From Crassostrea angulata (Eukaryota), in NCBI RefSeq assembly GCF_025612915.1, contig NC_069115.1:25855757-25919756 (forward strand): 64,000 bases of DNA, in the 5' to 3' direction. Positions 27,001 to 37,700 of this stretch are shown here, piece by piece (the first letter of the stretch is position 1; each line of letters begins with the position of its first letter). The notes under the pieces were generated by a model. The model did not search any database, was not told where the DNA came from, and saw only the letters and a program-made list of their open reading frames with translations. The translations under genes and the position numbers were made by a program.

Positions 27001-30000
27001 TTACAGATTTTCTCTATATATTCCTATATAAAACTTGATCCCCCTACTGTGGCCCAACCCTACCCCCGGAGACCATGATTTGAACAGACTAAAATCTACA
27101 CTACCTGAGGATGCTTCCATTTTAATTTGAGCTTTCCTGGCGCCATAGTTTTTGAGAAGAAAGTTTACAGATTTTCTCTATATATTCCTATATAAAACTT
27201 GATCCCCCTACTGTGGCCCAAATCTACCCCCGGGGACCATGATTTGAACAAACTAAAATCTACACTACCTGAGGATGCTTCCATTTTAATTTGAGCTTTC
27301 CTGTCGTCATAGTTTTTTAGAAGAAAGTCTAAAGATTTTCTCTATATATTTCTATGTAAAACTTGATCCCCCTACTGTGGCCCTACCCTACCCCCGGGGA
27401 CCATGATTTGAACAAACTAAAATCTTTACTACCTGAGGATGCTTCCATTTTAATTTGAGCTTTCCTGGCGTCATAGTTTTTGAGAAGAAAGTTTAAAGAT
27501 TTTTTCTATATATTCCTATGTAAAACTTGATCCCCCTACTGTGGCCCAACCCTAACCCCGGGGACCATGATTTGAACAAACTAAAATTGATACTACCTGA
27601 GGATGCTTCCATTTTAATTTGAGCTTTCTTGGCGTCATAGTTTTTGAGAAGAAAGTTTACAGATTTTCTCTATATATTCCTATGTAAAACTTGATCCCCC
27701 TACTGTGGCCCTACCCTACCCCCGGGGACCATGATTTGAACAAACTAAAATCTACACTACCTGAGGATGCTTCCATTTTAATTTGAGCTTTCCTGGCGTC
27801 ATAGTTTTTTTGATGAATGTTTAAAGATTTTCTCTATAAATTCCTTTGTAAAACTTGATCCCCCTACTGTGGCCCTACCCTACCCCTGGGGACCATGATT
27901 TGAACAAACTAAAATCTACACTACCTGAGGATGCTTCCATTTTAATTTGAGCTTTCCTGGCGTCATAGTTTTTGAGAAGAAAGTTGACAGATGTTCTCTA
28001 TATATTCCTATGTAAAACTTGATCCCCCTACTGTGGCCCAACCCTACCCCCGGGGACCATGATTTGAACAAACTAAAATCTACACTACCTGAGGATGCTT
28101 CCATTTTAATTTGAGCTTTCCTGGCGTCATAGTTTTTTTGATGAATGTTTAAAGATTTTCTCTATATATTCCTAAGTAAAACTTGATCCCCCTACTGTGG
28201 CCCAAATCTACCCCCGGGGACCATGATTTGAACAAACTAAAATCTACACTACCTGAGGATGCTTCCATTTTAATTTGAGCTTTCCTGTCGTCATAGTTTT
28301 TTAGAAGAAAGTCTAAAGATTTTCTCTATATATTTCTATGTAAAACTTAATCCCCCTACTGTGGCCCTACCCTACCCCCGGGGACCATGTTTTGAACAAA
28401 CTTAAATCTACACTACCTGAGGATGCTTCCATTTTAATTTGAGCTTTCCTGGCGTCATAGTTTTTGAGAAGAAAGTTTAAAGATTTTTTGTATATATTCC
28501 TAAGTAAAACTTGATCCCCCTACTGTGGCCCTACCCTACATCCGGGGACCATGATTTGAACAAACTAGAATCTACACTACCTGACGATAATTCCATTTTA
28601 ATTTGAGCTTTCCTTGCGTCATAGTTTTTGAGAAGAAAGTTTACAGATTTTCTCTATATATTCCTAAGTAAAACTTGATCCCCCTACTGTGGCCCAACCC
28701 TACCCCCGGGGATCATGATTTGAACAAACTAAAATCTATACTACGTGAGGATGCTTCCATTTTAATTTGAGCTTTCCTGGCGTCATAGTTTTTGAGAAGA
28801 AAGTTTAAAGATTTTCTCTATATATTCCTATGTAAAACTTGATCCCCCTACTGTGGCCCTACCCTACCCCCGGGGACCATGATTTGAACAAACTAAAATC
28901 TACACTACCTGAGGATGCTTCCATTTTAATTTCAGCTTTCCTGGCGTCATAGTTTTTTTGATGAATGTTTAAAGATTTTCTCTATATATTCCTAAGTAAA
29001 ACTTGATCCCCCTACTGTGGCCCAAACCTACCCCCGGGGACCATGATTTGAACAAACTAAAATCTACACTACCTGAGGATGCTTCCATTTTAATTTGAGC
29101 TTTCCTGTTGTCATAGTTTTTGAGAAGAAAGTCTAAAGATTTTTTCTATATATTCCTATGTAAAACTTGATCCCCCTACTGTGGCCCTACCATACCCCCG
29201 GGGACCATGATTTGAACAAACTAAAATCTACACTACCTGAGGATGCTTCCATTTTAATTTGAGCTTTCCTGGCGTCATAGTTTTTGAAAAAAGTTTAAAG
29301 ATTTTCTCTATATATTCCTATCTAAAACTTGATCCCCCTACTGTGGCCCTACCCTACCCCTGGGGACTATGATTTGAACAAACTAAAATCTACACTACCT
29401 GAGGTTGCTTCCATTTTAATTTGAGCTTTCCTGGCGTCATTGTTTTTGAGAAGAAAGTTTAGAGATTTTCTCTATATATTCCTAAGTAAAACTTGATCCC
29501 CCTACTGTGGCCCAACCCTACCCCCGGGGACCATGATTTGAACAAACTAAAATCTACACTACCTGAGGATGCTTCCATTTTAATTTGAGCTTTCCTGTCG
29601 TCATAGTTTTTTAGAAGAAAGTCTAAAGATTTTCTCTATATATTTCTATGTAAAACTTGATCCCCCCACTGTGGCCCTGCCCTACCCCCGGGGACCATGT
29701 TTTGAACAAACTAAAATCTACACTACCTGAGGATGTTTCCATTTTAATTTGAGCTTTCCTGGCGTCATAGTTTTTGAGAAGAAAGTTTAAAGATTTTTTG
29801 TATATATTCCTAAGTAAAACTTGATCCCCCTACTGTGGCCCTACCCTACATCCGGGGACCATGATTTGAACAAACAAGAATATTCACTACCTGAGGATGC
29901 TTCCATTTTAATTTGAGCTTTCCTGGCGTCATAGTTTTTGAGAAGAAAGTTTAAAGATTTTCTCTATATATTCCTATGTAAAACTTGATCCCCCTACTGT

Positions 30001-31674
30001 GGCCCAACTCTACCCCCGGGGACCATGATTTGAACAAACTAAAATCTATACTACCAGAGGATACTTACATTTTAATTTGAGCTTTCCTTGCGTCATAGTT
30101 TTTGAGAAGAAAGTTGACAGATTTTCTCTATATATTCCTATGTAAAACTTGATCCCCCTACTGTGGCCCTACCCTACCCCCGGGGACCATGATTTGAACA
30201 AACTAAAATCTACACTACCTGAGGATGCTTCCATTTTAATTTGAGCTTTCTTGGCGCCATAGTTTTTTAGAAGAATGTTTAAAGATTTTCTCTATATATT
30301 CCTATGTAAAACTTGATCCCCCTACTGTGGCTCAACCCTACCCCCGGGGACCATGATTTGAACAAACTAGAATCTACACTACCTGACGATAATTCCATTT
30401 TAATTTGAGCTTTCCTGGCGTCATAGTTTTTTTGATGAATGTTTAAAGATTTCCTCTATATATTCCTAAGTAAAACTTGATCCCCCTACTGTGGCCCAAA
30501 CCTACCCCCGGGGACCATGATTTGAACAAACTAAAATCTACACTACCTGAGGATGCTTCCATTTTAATTTGAGCTTTCCTGGCGTCATAGTTTTTGAAAA
30601 AAGTTTAAAGATTTTCTCTATATATTCCTATGTAAAACTTGATCCCCCTACTGTGGCCCAACCCTACCCCCGGGGACCATGATTTGAACAAACTAAAATC
30701 TACACTACCTGAGGATGCTTCCATTTTATTTTGAGCTTTCCTGGCGTCATAGTTTTTTTGATGAATGTTTAAAGATTTTCTCTATATATTCCTAAGTAAA
30801 ACTTGATCCCCCTACTGTGGCCCAAATCTACCCCCGGGGACCATGATTTGAACAAACTAAAATCTACACTACCTGAGGATGCTTCCATTTTAATTTGAGC
30901 TTTCCTGTCGTCATAGTTTTTTAGAAGAAAGTCTAAAGATTTTCTCTATATATTTCTATGTAAAACTTGATCCCCCTACTGTGGCCCTACCCTACCCCCG
31001 GGGACCATGTTTTGAACAAACTTAAATCTACACTACCTGAGGATGCTTCCATTTTAATTTGAGCTTTCCTGGCGTCATAGTTTTTGAAAAAAGTTTAAAG
31101 ATTTTTTGTATATATTCCTAAGTAAAACTTGATCCCCCTACTGTGGCCCTACCCTACATCCGGGGACCATGATTTGAACAAAAAAGAATATTCACTTCCT
31201 GATAATGCTTCCATTTTAATTTGAGCTTTCCTGGCGTCATAGTTTTTGAGAAGAAAGTTTAAAGATTTTCTCTATATATTCCAAAGTAAAACTTGATCCC
31301 CCTACTGTGGCCCAACTCTACCCCCGGGGACCATGATTTGAACAAACTAAAATTTATACTACCAGAGGATACTTACATTTTAATTTGAGCTTTCCTTGCG
31401 TCATAGTTTTTGAGTAGAAAGTTGACAGATTTTCTCTATATATTCCTATGTAAAACTTGATCCCCCTACTGTGGCCCTACCCTACCCCCGGGGACCATGA
31501 TTTGAACAAACTAAAATCTACACTACCTGAGGATGCTTCCATTTTAATTTGAGCTTTCTTGGCGCCATAGTTTTTTAGAAGAATGTTTAAAGATTTTCTC
31601 TATATATTCCTATGTAAAACTTGATCCCCCTACTGTGGCTCAACCCTACCCCCGGGGACCATGATTTGAACAAA

Positions 31675-31677
31675 CTA
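31675..31677. other. Left target-site duplication (CTA) of the CACTA-like insertion
   Basis: The left flank is 'gaacaaaCTA|cactactgg' and the right flank is 'ccagtagtg|CTAgaatctacac'. Uninterrupted paralogous monomers, for example at 2455-2470 and 28561-28575, read 'gaacaaactagaatctacac' with a single CTA. Confidence 0.6.
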
Positions 31678-31932
31678 CACTACTGGCTCTAAAAACCCCT
31701 GTCCGTATGAAAATCCCCTGTCTTCCCCTGTCACCCCCTGTGTTTTCACTGTCATCCCCTGTACATCCCCTGTGTGCCACTGTACAGAGCCCCTGTATAC
31801 CCTGTCATCCCCCTTGCGCCCCTGTACACAACCCCTGTGTGCCACTGTAAGCCCCTGTCACCCCCTGTACGCCCCTGTCATCCCCTGTAAGCCACTGTAT
31901 ACCCCTGTGCATGCCCCTGACATCCCCTGTAC
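31678..31932 (+). repeat. Left terminal inverted repeat, ~255 bp, containing ~20 subterminal CCCCTGTNNN direct repeats (putative transposase-binding motifs)
   Basis: Its reverse complement matches 34485-34739 almost base for base. The internal period is ~10 bp: 'cccctgtccg', 'cccctgtctt', 'cccctgtcac', 'cccctgtaca' and so on. Confidence 0.85.
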
Positions 31933-32410
31933 TGTTTTTTACTGCTCGCTAAGTAAATAAAAAGCTGTTAATTAATTCGGATTTTTAAAAATTTATATTA
32001 AGCATTCATGTTTTAGACGGTGCTTGTTTTTCTTTGCATTTCATAGAGGGCAATATTACAAACGTAAATAATTTTGTCTCAACATTGACACAAATCAAGA
32101 TATACTTGTATACCGATAAACCGCTTTTTTTATTACATGCATTAAGTTTATACAAATGACCGTGTTCTGTAATTTGTATAAAAAAAAAGAAAGAAAGAAA
32201 AATAAGTGGAGGAGTGCGTGACATCTGCAATGTTCTGTGCCCTGTATAACATGATCAGCACGTGCAGATAACCACACACCGATCGAAATGATGAAATGAT
32301 ATATTTTGAATGTTTTGACCAGTGTAATGATGCATAGAATTAAACAGCCTTAATGAAGTTCATGTAAATCGCTGATAATTGCTGTCAGTATTGTTTTTTT
32401 TATAAATCAT

Positions 32411-32441
<31 letters not shown>
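32411..32441. repeat. (GA)n microsatellite inside the transposon
   Basis: 'gagagagagagaaagagagagagagagagag'. Confidence 0.9.
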
Positions 32442-32956
32442 TTGATTTTTTTCGGAAAGGGGGATTAGACCGGTCCATTGACACTTTTAACTTCTATCAG
32501 CTAGTGTGCATTTTCCAGTTGAGTTATCTATATGCATTATTCTATAGAATTGTCCTCATGCATATACACTGTAGAGCAATGATACCGTTAATGGATGATT
32601 TAATGCGTGACTGTATGCAAATGCCGGTAACGGGGTACCATTTAATTATACACACATGTATTATCTTAAACAATGGTCTGGGTTTCGGATCAGAAAAATA
32701 TCAGGCATTTATTTTAATTTTATTTCATTTGAAAAATGAAAAATATAAAAGAGCAATATACAGTTTTAATTCATATCACTGTGCCAAATAATGTTCTGAA
32801 TTTAAAGCTCTTCAATCATTTCATGTTTGAAATTCTCAGAACTGAAAAATTGAAATTTTCAATTTCTTGTTTCTTTACTTGGCAGACTGGGAAAAAAGTT
32901 CATAAGGTGTGTTTGAACAACATATTGCATTATTGTGTAGCATTATCGAGCATCCA

Positions 32957-33232
32957 GACCTGAGAACGTGTGTGTATATACAAGTACACGTGTGTCTGTC
33001 ACCTCATTGTTATTAATCTCGCTGCCGTGCACTGCAAATTGGCAAGAAGGGCTGTATACAGTATATAGCTATTATATATTCACTGACCGACCATTCAGAT
33101 CTGAGGAACTGTGTGTATATATACGTGTACACGTGTGTCTATCATCTCTTGCTACCGTGAACTGCAAATTGTCAAGAAGGGCTGTGTACAGTAGCTATTA
33201 TATAATCACTGACCGAGTGAAATAATGTCAAC
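32957..33232. repeat. Internal tandem duplication, 2 x ~138 bp, inside the transposon
   Basis: Unit 1 is 'cagacctgagaacgtgtgtgtatatacaagtacacgtgtgtctgtcacc...tgcactgcaaattggcaagaagggctgtatacagta...cactgaccgacc'. Unit 2 is 'cagatctgaggaactgtgtgtatatatacgtgtacacgtgtgtctatcatc...tgaactgcaaattgtcaagaagggctgtgtacagta...cactgaccgagtg'. Confidence 0.8.
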
Positions 33233-33384
33233 ATCTTCTCCTTTGAAAACTGTAGCTTCAATCAGCTAGTTGTTAAGCATGTGTCTTCAAGTATTTTGAT
33301 CAATTGATCTGGTCTAGTATAAAACATTGATGTATTAAAAATCAATATGACAGCTCTAAGTTAATCTAAATAATTATAGAAAAT

Positions 33385-33477
33385 TGGTTATGAAAATTAA
33401 TTAGGATTGCATGTTTACATATTAGGAAATTAATTCCCGATTAAACTATTAGTAACTTTTCATTAAAAATCAATGCA

Positions 33478-33540
<63 letters not shown>
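33385..33540. repeat. Module A of a duplicated internal segment: conserved AT-rich flank followed by a (CT)n microsatellite
   Basis: 'aaaattaattaggattgcatgtttacatattaggaaattaattcccgattaaactat...aaaaatcaatgcaatctctc(ct)n'. It is paralogous to 33645-33770. Confidence 0.75.
33479..33539. repeat. (CT)n microsatellite, ~30 units, inside the transposon
   Basis: A perfect ct dinucleotide run spans 33481-33539. Confidence 0.95.
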
Positions 33541-33543
<3 letters not shown>

Positions 33544-33644
33544 AAACTCCTTAGGCTACATGTAAAGAACACACTAGTTCTACATTTACATATATGTTGT
33601 GTATGTTCTGACCAGGGCTGCGGAATGATAAAGAATAGGTAATA

Positions 33645-33770
33645 AAAATTAGGATTGCATTTTTACTAGGAAATTAATTCCAGGGTAAACTATATAATTA
33701 ATAAATTTAATTCAAAATCAATGCAAACTCTCTCTTTCTCTCTCTCTCTCTTTCTTTCTCTCTCTCTCCA
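33645..33770. repeat. Module B, a diverged copy of module A (same flank plus a CT-rich microsatellite)
   Basis: 'aaaaattaggattgcatttttactaggaaattaattccagggtaaactat...caaaatcaatgcaaactctctc(t/c)n'. Confidence 0.75.
33728..33769. repeat. Imperfect (CT)n/(CTTT)n microsatellite inside the transposon
   Basis: 'ctctctctttctctctctctctctttctttctctctctctc'. Confidence 0.85.
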
Positions 33771-34484
33771 ATTAGCCGGTCAGAAACGTATTGAACAAAC
33801 ATAATGAAATAATTTCTTAGGCAAATTTATATAAGCTATTGAAGCTTTATTTTGCTATGCACGGGAAATTAATAAAGGTATAACAAAGAACTTGGTTAGA
33901 AAAAAGAAGAAAGGTGTACTCTATCGTTACATAGCTGATTATAAATTCTATATTCTGACTGATTTATTGGTTTTAGTTCGCTCCTATATGTTTAGATATA
34001 TACAAAATTAAAAACCATGTGCCGCGCTTGATCTTAGTCTCTAGTGTGTTGTTTATTACCAAGAATCATATGATTCAAAGGCTTAAGATATTCATAAGTA
34101 AAGTGTACATATATCTGTAGACAATTCAAAAAAATGAATAATTCACTCTAGGTTGTATTCTTATGTCTTTTTTTTCAAACATTAGGGAGTAGCGATGTTC
34201 CCGAGCTCCAAAGGACAACATGCACTGAGGCTTGAACACCTAATATAAAAAATAATTCCCGCCTTCACCTGAGGTTTACCACCAGGTGAATCTAAAATCT
34301 TTTTTTGTTAGCATGATTATTAAAGTATCAATAAATTATCAACTAAAACATGTGATTTCTAAAATTACGATAACAGTGTGTCTTGTGATTCGGCGCTGTT
34401 GAGTGCAAATATAGCTCAAAATATAACACATGTGATTTCAATAGCTGAATTAAGAAAATGATATTAAAAAAAAAGTCAAAAGCC

Positions 34485-34739
34485 GTACAGGGGATGTCAG
34501 GGGCATGCACAGGGGTATACAGTGGCTTACAGGGGATGACAGGGGCGTACAGGGGGTGACAGGGGCTTACAGTAGCACACAGGGGTTGTGTACAGGGGCG
34601 CACAGGGTATGACAGGGTATACAGGGGCTCTGTACAGTGGCACACAGGGGATGTACAGGGGATGACAGTGAAAACACAGGGGGTGACAGGGGAAGACAGG
34701 GGATTTTCATACGGACAGGGGTTTTTAGAGCCAGTAGTG
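34485..34739 (-). repeat. Right terminal inverted repeat, ~255 bp, with the subterminal CAGGGG(A/T/G) motifs in reverse complement
   Basis: It is the reverse complement of 31678-31932, with only a few mismatches. One example is 'ccccttgcg' on the left versus 'accctgtgcg' on the right. Confidence 0.85.
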
Positions 34740-34742
34740 CTA
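34740..34742. other. Right target-site duplication (CTA)
   Basis: See the left TSD. A 3-bp TSD is characteristic of CACTA/EnSpm/CMC elements. Confidence 0.6.
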
Positions 34743-37700
34743 GAATCTACACTACCTGACGATAATTCCATTTTAATTTGAGCTTTCCTTGCGTCATAGT
34801 TTTTGAGAAGAAAGTTTACAGATTTTCCCTATATATTCCTAAGTAAAACTTGATCCCCCTACTGTGGCCCAACCCTACCCCCGGGGATCATGATTTGAAC
34901 AAACTAAAATCTATACTACGCGAGGATGCTTCCATTTTAATTTGAGCTTTCCTGGCGTCATAGTTTTTGAGAAGAAAGTTTAAAGATTTTCTCTATATAT
35001 TCCTATGTAAAACTTGATCCCCCTACTGTGGCCCTACCCTACCCCCGGGGACCATGATTTGAACAAACTAAAATCTACACTACCTGAGGATGCTTCCATT
35101 TTAATTTGAGCTTTCCTGGCGTCATAGTTTTTTTGATGAATGTTTAAAGATTTTCTCTATATATTCCTAAGTAAAACTTGATCCCCCTACTAGTACTGTG
35201 GCCCAAACCTACCCCCGGGGACCATGATTTGAACAAACTAAAATCTACACTACCTGAGGATGCTTCCATTTTAATTTGAGCTTTCCTGGCGTCATAGTTT
35301 TTGAAAAAAGTTTAAAGATTTTCTCAATATATTCCTATGTAAAACTTGATCCCCCTACTGTGGCCCAACCCTACCCCCGGGGACCATGATTTGAACAAAC
35401 TAAAATCTACACTACCTGAGGATGCTTCCATTTTAATTTGAGCTTTCCTAGCGTCATAGTTTTTTTGATGAATGTTTAAAGATTTTCTCTATATATTCCT
35501 AAGTAAAACTTGATCCCCCTACTGTGGCCCAAATCTACCCCCGGGGACCATGATTTGAACAAACTAAAATCTACACTACCTGAGGATGCTTCCATTTTAA
35601 TTTGAGCTTTCCTGTCGTCATAGTTTTTTAGAAGAAAGTCTAAAGATTTTCTCTATATATTTCTATGTAAAACTTAATCCCCCTACTGTGGCCCTACCCT
35701 ACCCCCGGGGACCATGTTTTGAACAAACTTAAATCTACACTACCTGAGGATGCTTCCATTTTAATTTGAGCTTTCCTGGCGTCATAGTTTTTGAGAAGAA
35801 AGTTTAAAGATTTTTTGTATATATTCCTAAGTAAAACTTGATCCCCCTACTGTGGCCCTACCCTACATCCGGGGACCATGATTTGAACAAACTAGAATCT
35901 ACACTACCTGACGATAATTCCATTTTAATTTGAGCTTTCCTTGCGTCATAGTTTTTGAGAAGAAAGTTTACAGATTTTCTCTATATATTCCTATGTAAAA
36001 CTTGATCCCCCTACTGTGGCCCAACCCTACCCCCGGGGACCATGATTTGAACAAACTAAAATCTATACTACCTGAGGATGCTTCCATTTTAATTTGAGCT
36101 TTCCTGGCGTCATAGTTTTTGAGAAGAAAGTTTAAAGATTTTCTCTATATATTCCTATGTAAAACTTGATCCCCCTACTGTGGCCCTACCCTACCCCCCG
36201 GGGACCATAATTTGAACAAACTAAAATCTACACTACCTGAGGATGCTTCCATTTTAATTTGAGCTTTCCTGGCGTCATAGTTTTTTTGATGAATGTTTAA
36301 AGATTTTCTCTATATATTCCTAAGTAAAACTTGATCCCCCTACTGTGGCCCAAACCTACCCCCGGGGACCATGATTTGAACAAACCAAAATCTACACTAC
36401 CTGAGGATGCTTCCATTTTAATTTGAGCTTTCCTGTTGTCATAGTTTTTGAGAAGAAAGTCTAAAGATTTTTTCTATATATTCCTATGTAAAACTTAATC
36501 CCCCTACTGTGGCCCTACCCTACCCCCGGGGACCATGATTTGAACAAACTAAAATCTACACTACCTGAGGATGCTTCCATTTTAATTTGAGCTTTCCTTG
36601 CGTCATAGTTTTTGAAAAAAGTTTAAAGATTTTCTCTATATATTCCTATGTAAAACTTGATCCCCCTACTGTGGCCCTACCCTACCCCTGGGGACTATGA
36701 TTTGAACAAACTAAAATCTACACTACCTGAGGTTGCTTCCATTTTAATTTGAGCTTTCCTGGCGTCATTGTTTTTGAGAAGAAAGTTTAGAGATTTTCTC
36801 TATATATTCCTATGTAAAACTTGATCCCCCTACTGTGGCCCAACCCTACCCCCGGGGACCATGATTTGAACAAACTAAAATCTACACTACCTGAGGATGC
36901 TTCCATTTTAATTTGAGCTTTCCTGTCGTCATAGTTTTTTAGAAGAAAGTCTAAAGATTTTCTCTATATATTTCTATGTAAAACTTGATCCCCCCACTGT
37001 GGCCCTGCCCTACCCCCGGGGACCATGTTTTGAACAAACTAAAATCTACACTACCTGAGGATGTTTCCATTTTAATTTGAGCTTTCCTGGCGTCATAGTT
37101 TTTGAGAAGAAAGTTTAAAGATTTTTTGTATATATTCCTAAATAAAACTTGATCCCCCTACTGTGGCCCTACCCTACATCCGGGGACCATGATTTGAACA
37201 AACAAGAATATTCACTACCTGAGGATGCTTCCATTTTAATTTGAGCTTTCCTGGCGTCATAGTTTTTGAGAAGAAAGTTTGAAGATTTTCTGTATATATT
37301 CTTAAGTAAAAATTGATCCCCCTACTGTGGCCCAACCCTACCCCCGGGGACCATGATTTGAACAAACTAAAATCTACACTACCTGAGGATGCTTTCATTT
37401 TAATTTGAGCTTTCCTGGCGTCATAGTTTTTGAGAAGAAAGTTGACAGATTTTCTCTATATATTCCTATGTAAAACTTGATCCCCCTACTGTGGCCCTAC
37501 CCTACCCCCGGGGACCATGATTTGAACAAACTAAAATCTACACTACCTGAGGATGCTTCCATTTTAATTTGAGCTTTCTTGGCGCCATAGTTTTTTAGAA
37601 GAAAGTTTAAAGATTTTCTCTATATATTCCTATGTAAAACTTGATCCCCCTACTGTGGCTCAACCCTACCCCCGGGGACCATGATTTGAACAAACTAGAA

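Larger units (their letters stand above)
1..31677. repeat. Tandem satellite array, ~164-bp monomer, about 193 head-to-tail copies. It continues upstream of the window. Monomers diverge by a few percent to ~15% and form HORs
   Basis: The anchor 'accatgattt' occurs at 151, 314, 478 and 641, giving a period of 163-164 bp. Every monomer carries a conserved CCCCCGGGG (SmaI/XmaI) box and the block 'ccattttaatttgagctttcctggcgtcatag'. There is no unique sequence between copies. Confidence 0.95.
31678..34739. mobile_element. Non-autonomous CACTA/EnSpm-like (CMC superfamily) DNA transposon, 3062 bp, inserted into a satellite monomer
   Basis: Termini are CACTACTGGCTC... and ...GAGCCAGTAGTG, the CACTA...TAGTG signature. 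The terminal inverted repeats are ~255 bp and near-perfect. They contain many subterminal CCCCTGT-type 10-bp repeats. A 3-bp direct duplication, CTA, flanks the element. Removing the element restores an intact satellite monomer. The internal ORFs are all 95 aa or shorter and AT-rich, so the element has no transposase gene. Confidence 0.7.

Noticed and set aside
32840-32875. Short palindrome 'aaattgaaattttcaattt' inside the transposon
   Set aside because: It is a 9-bp inverted repeat in AT-rich sequence, which is expected by chance. There is no supporting context.
32006-33225. Short ORFs (60-95 aa) in the transposon interior as a possible remnant transposase
   Set aside because: They are AT-rich and low-complexity, and they overlap each other on both strands. 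There is no DDE/D-like or recognisable transposase motif. The element is best treated as non-autonomous.
34343-34771. 142-aa ORF (and the 62-aa ORF at 31772-31960) rich in P/C/T/V
   Set aside because: It is a translation of the CCCCTGT subterminal repeats of the transposon TIRs. The periodic peptide 'PLYTPV/PCTQPLC' simply mirrors the 10-bp DNA repeat. It is not a coding sequence.
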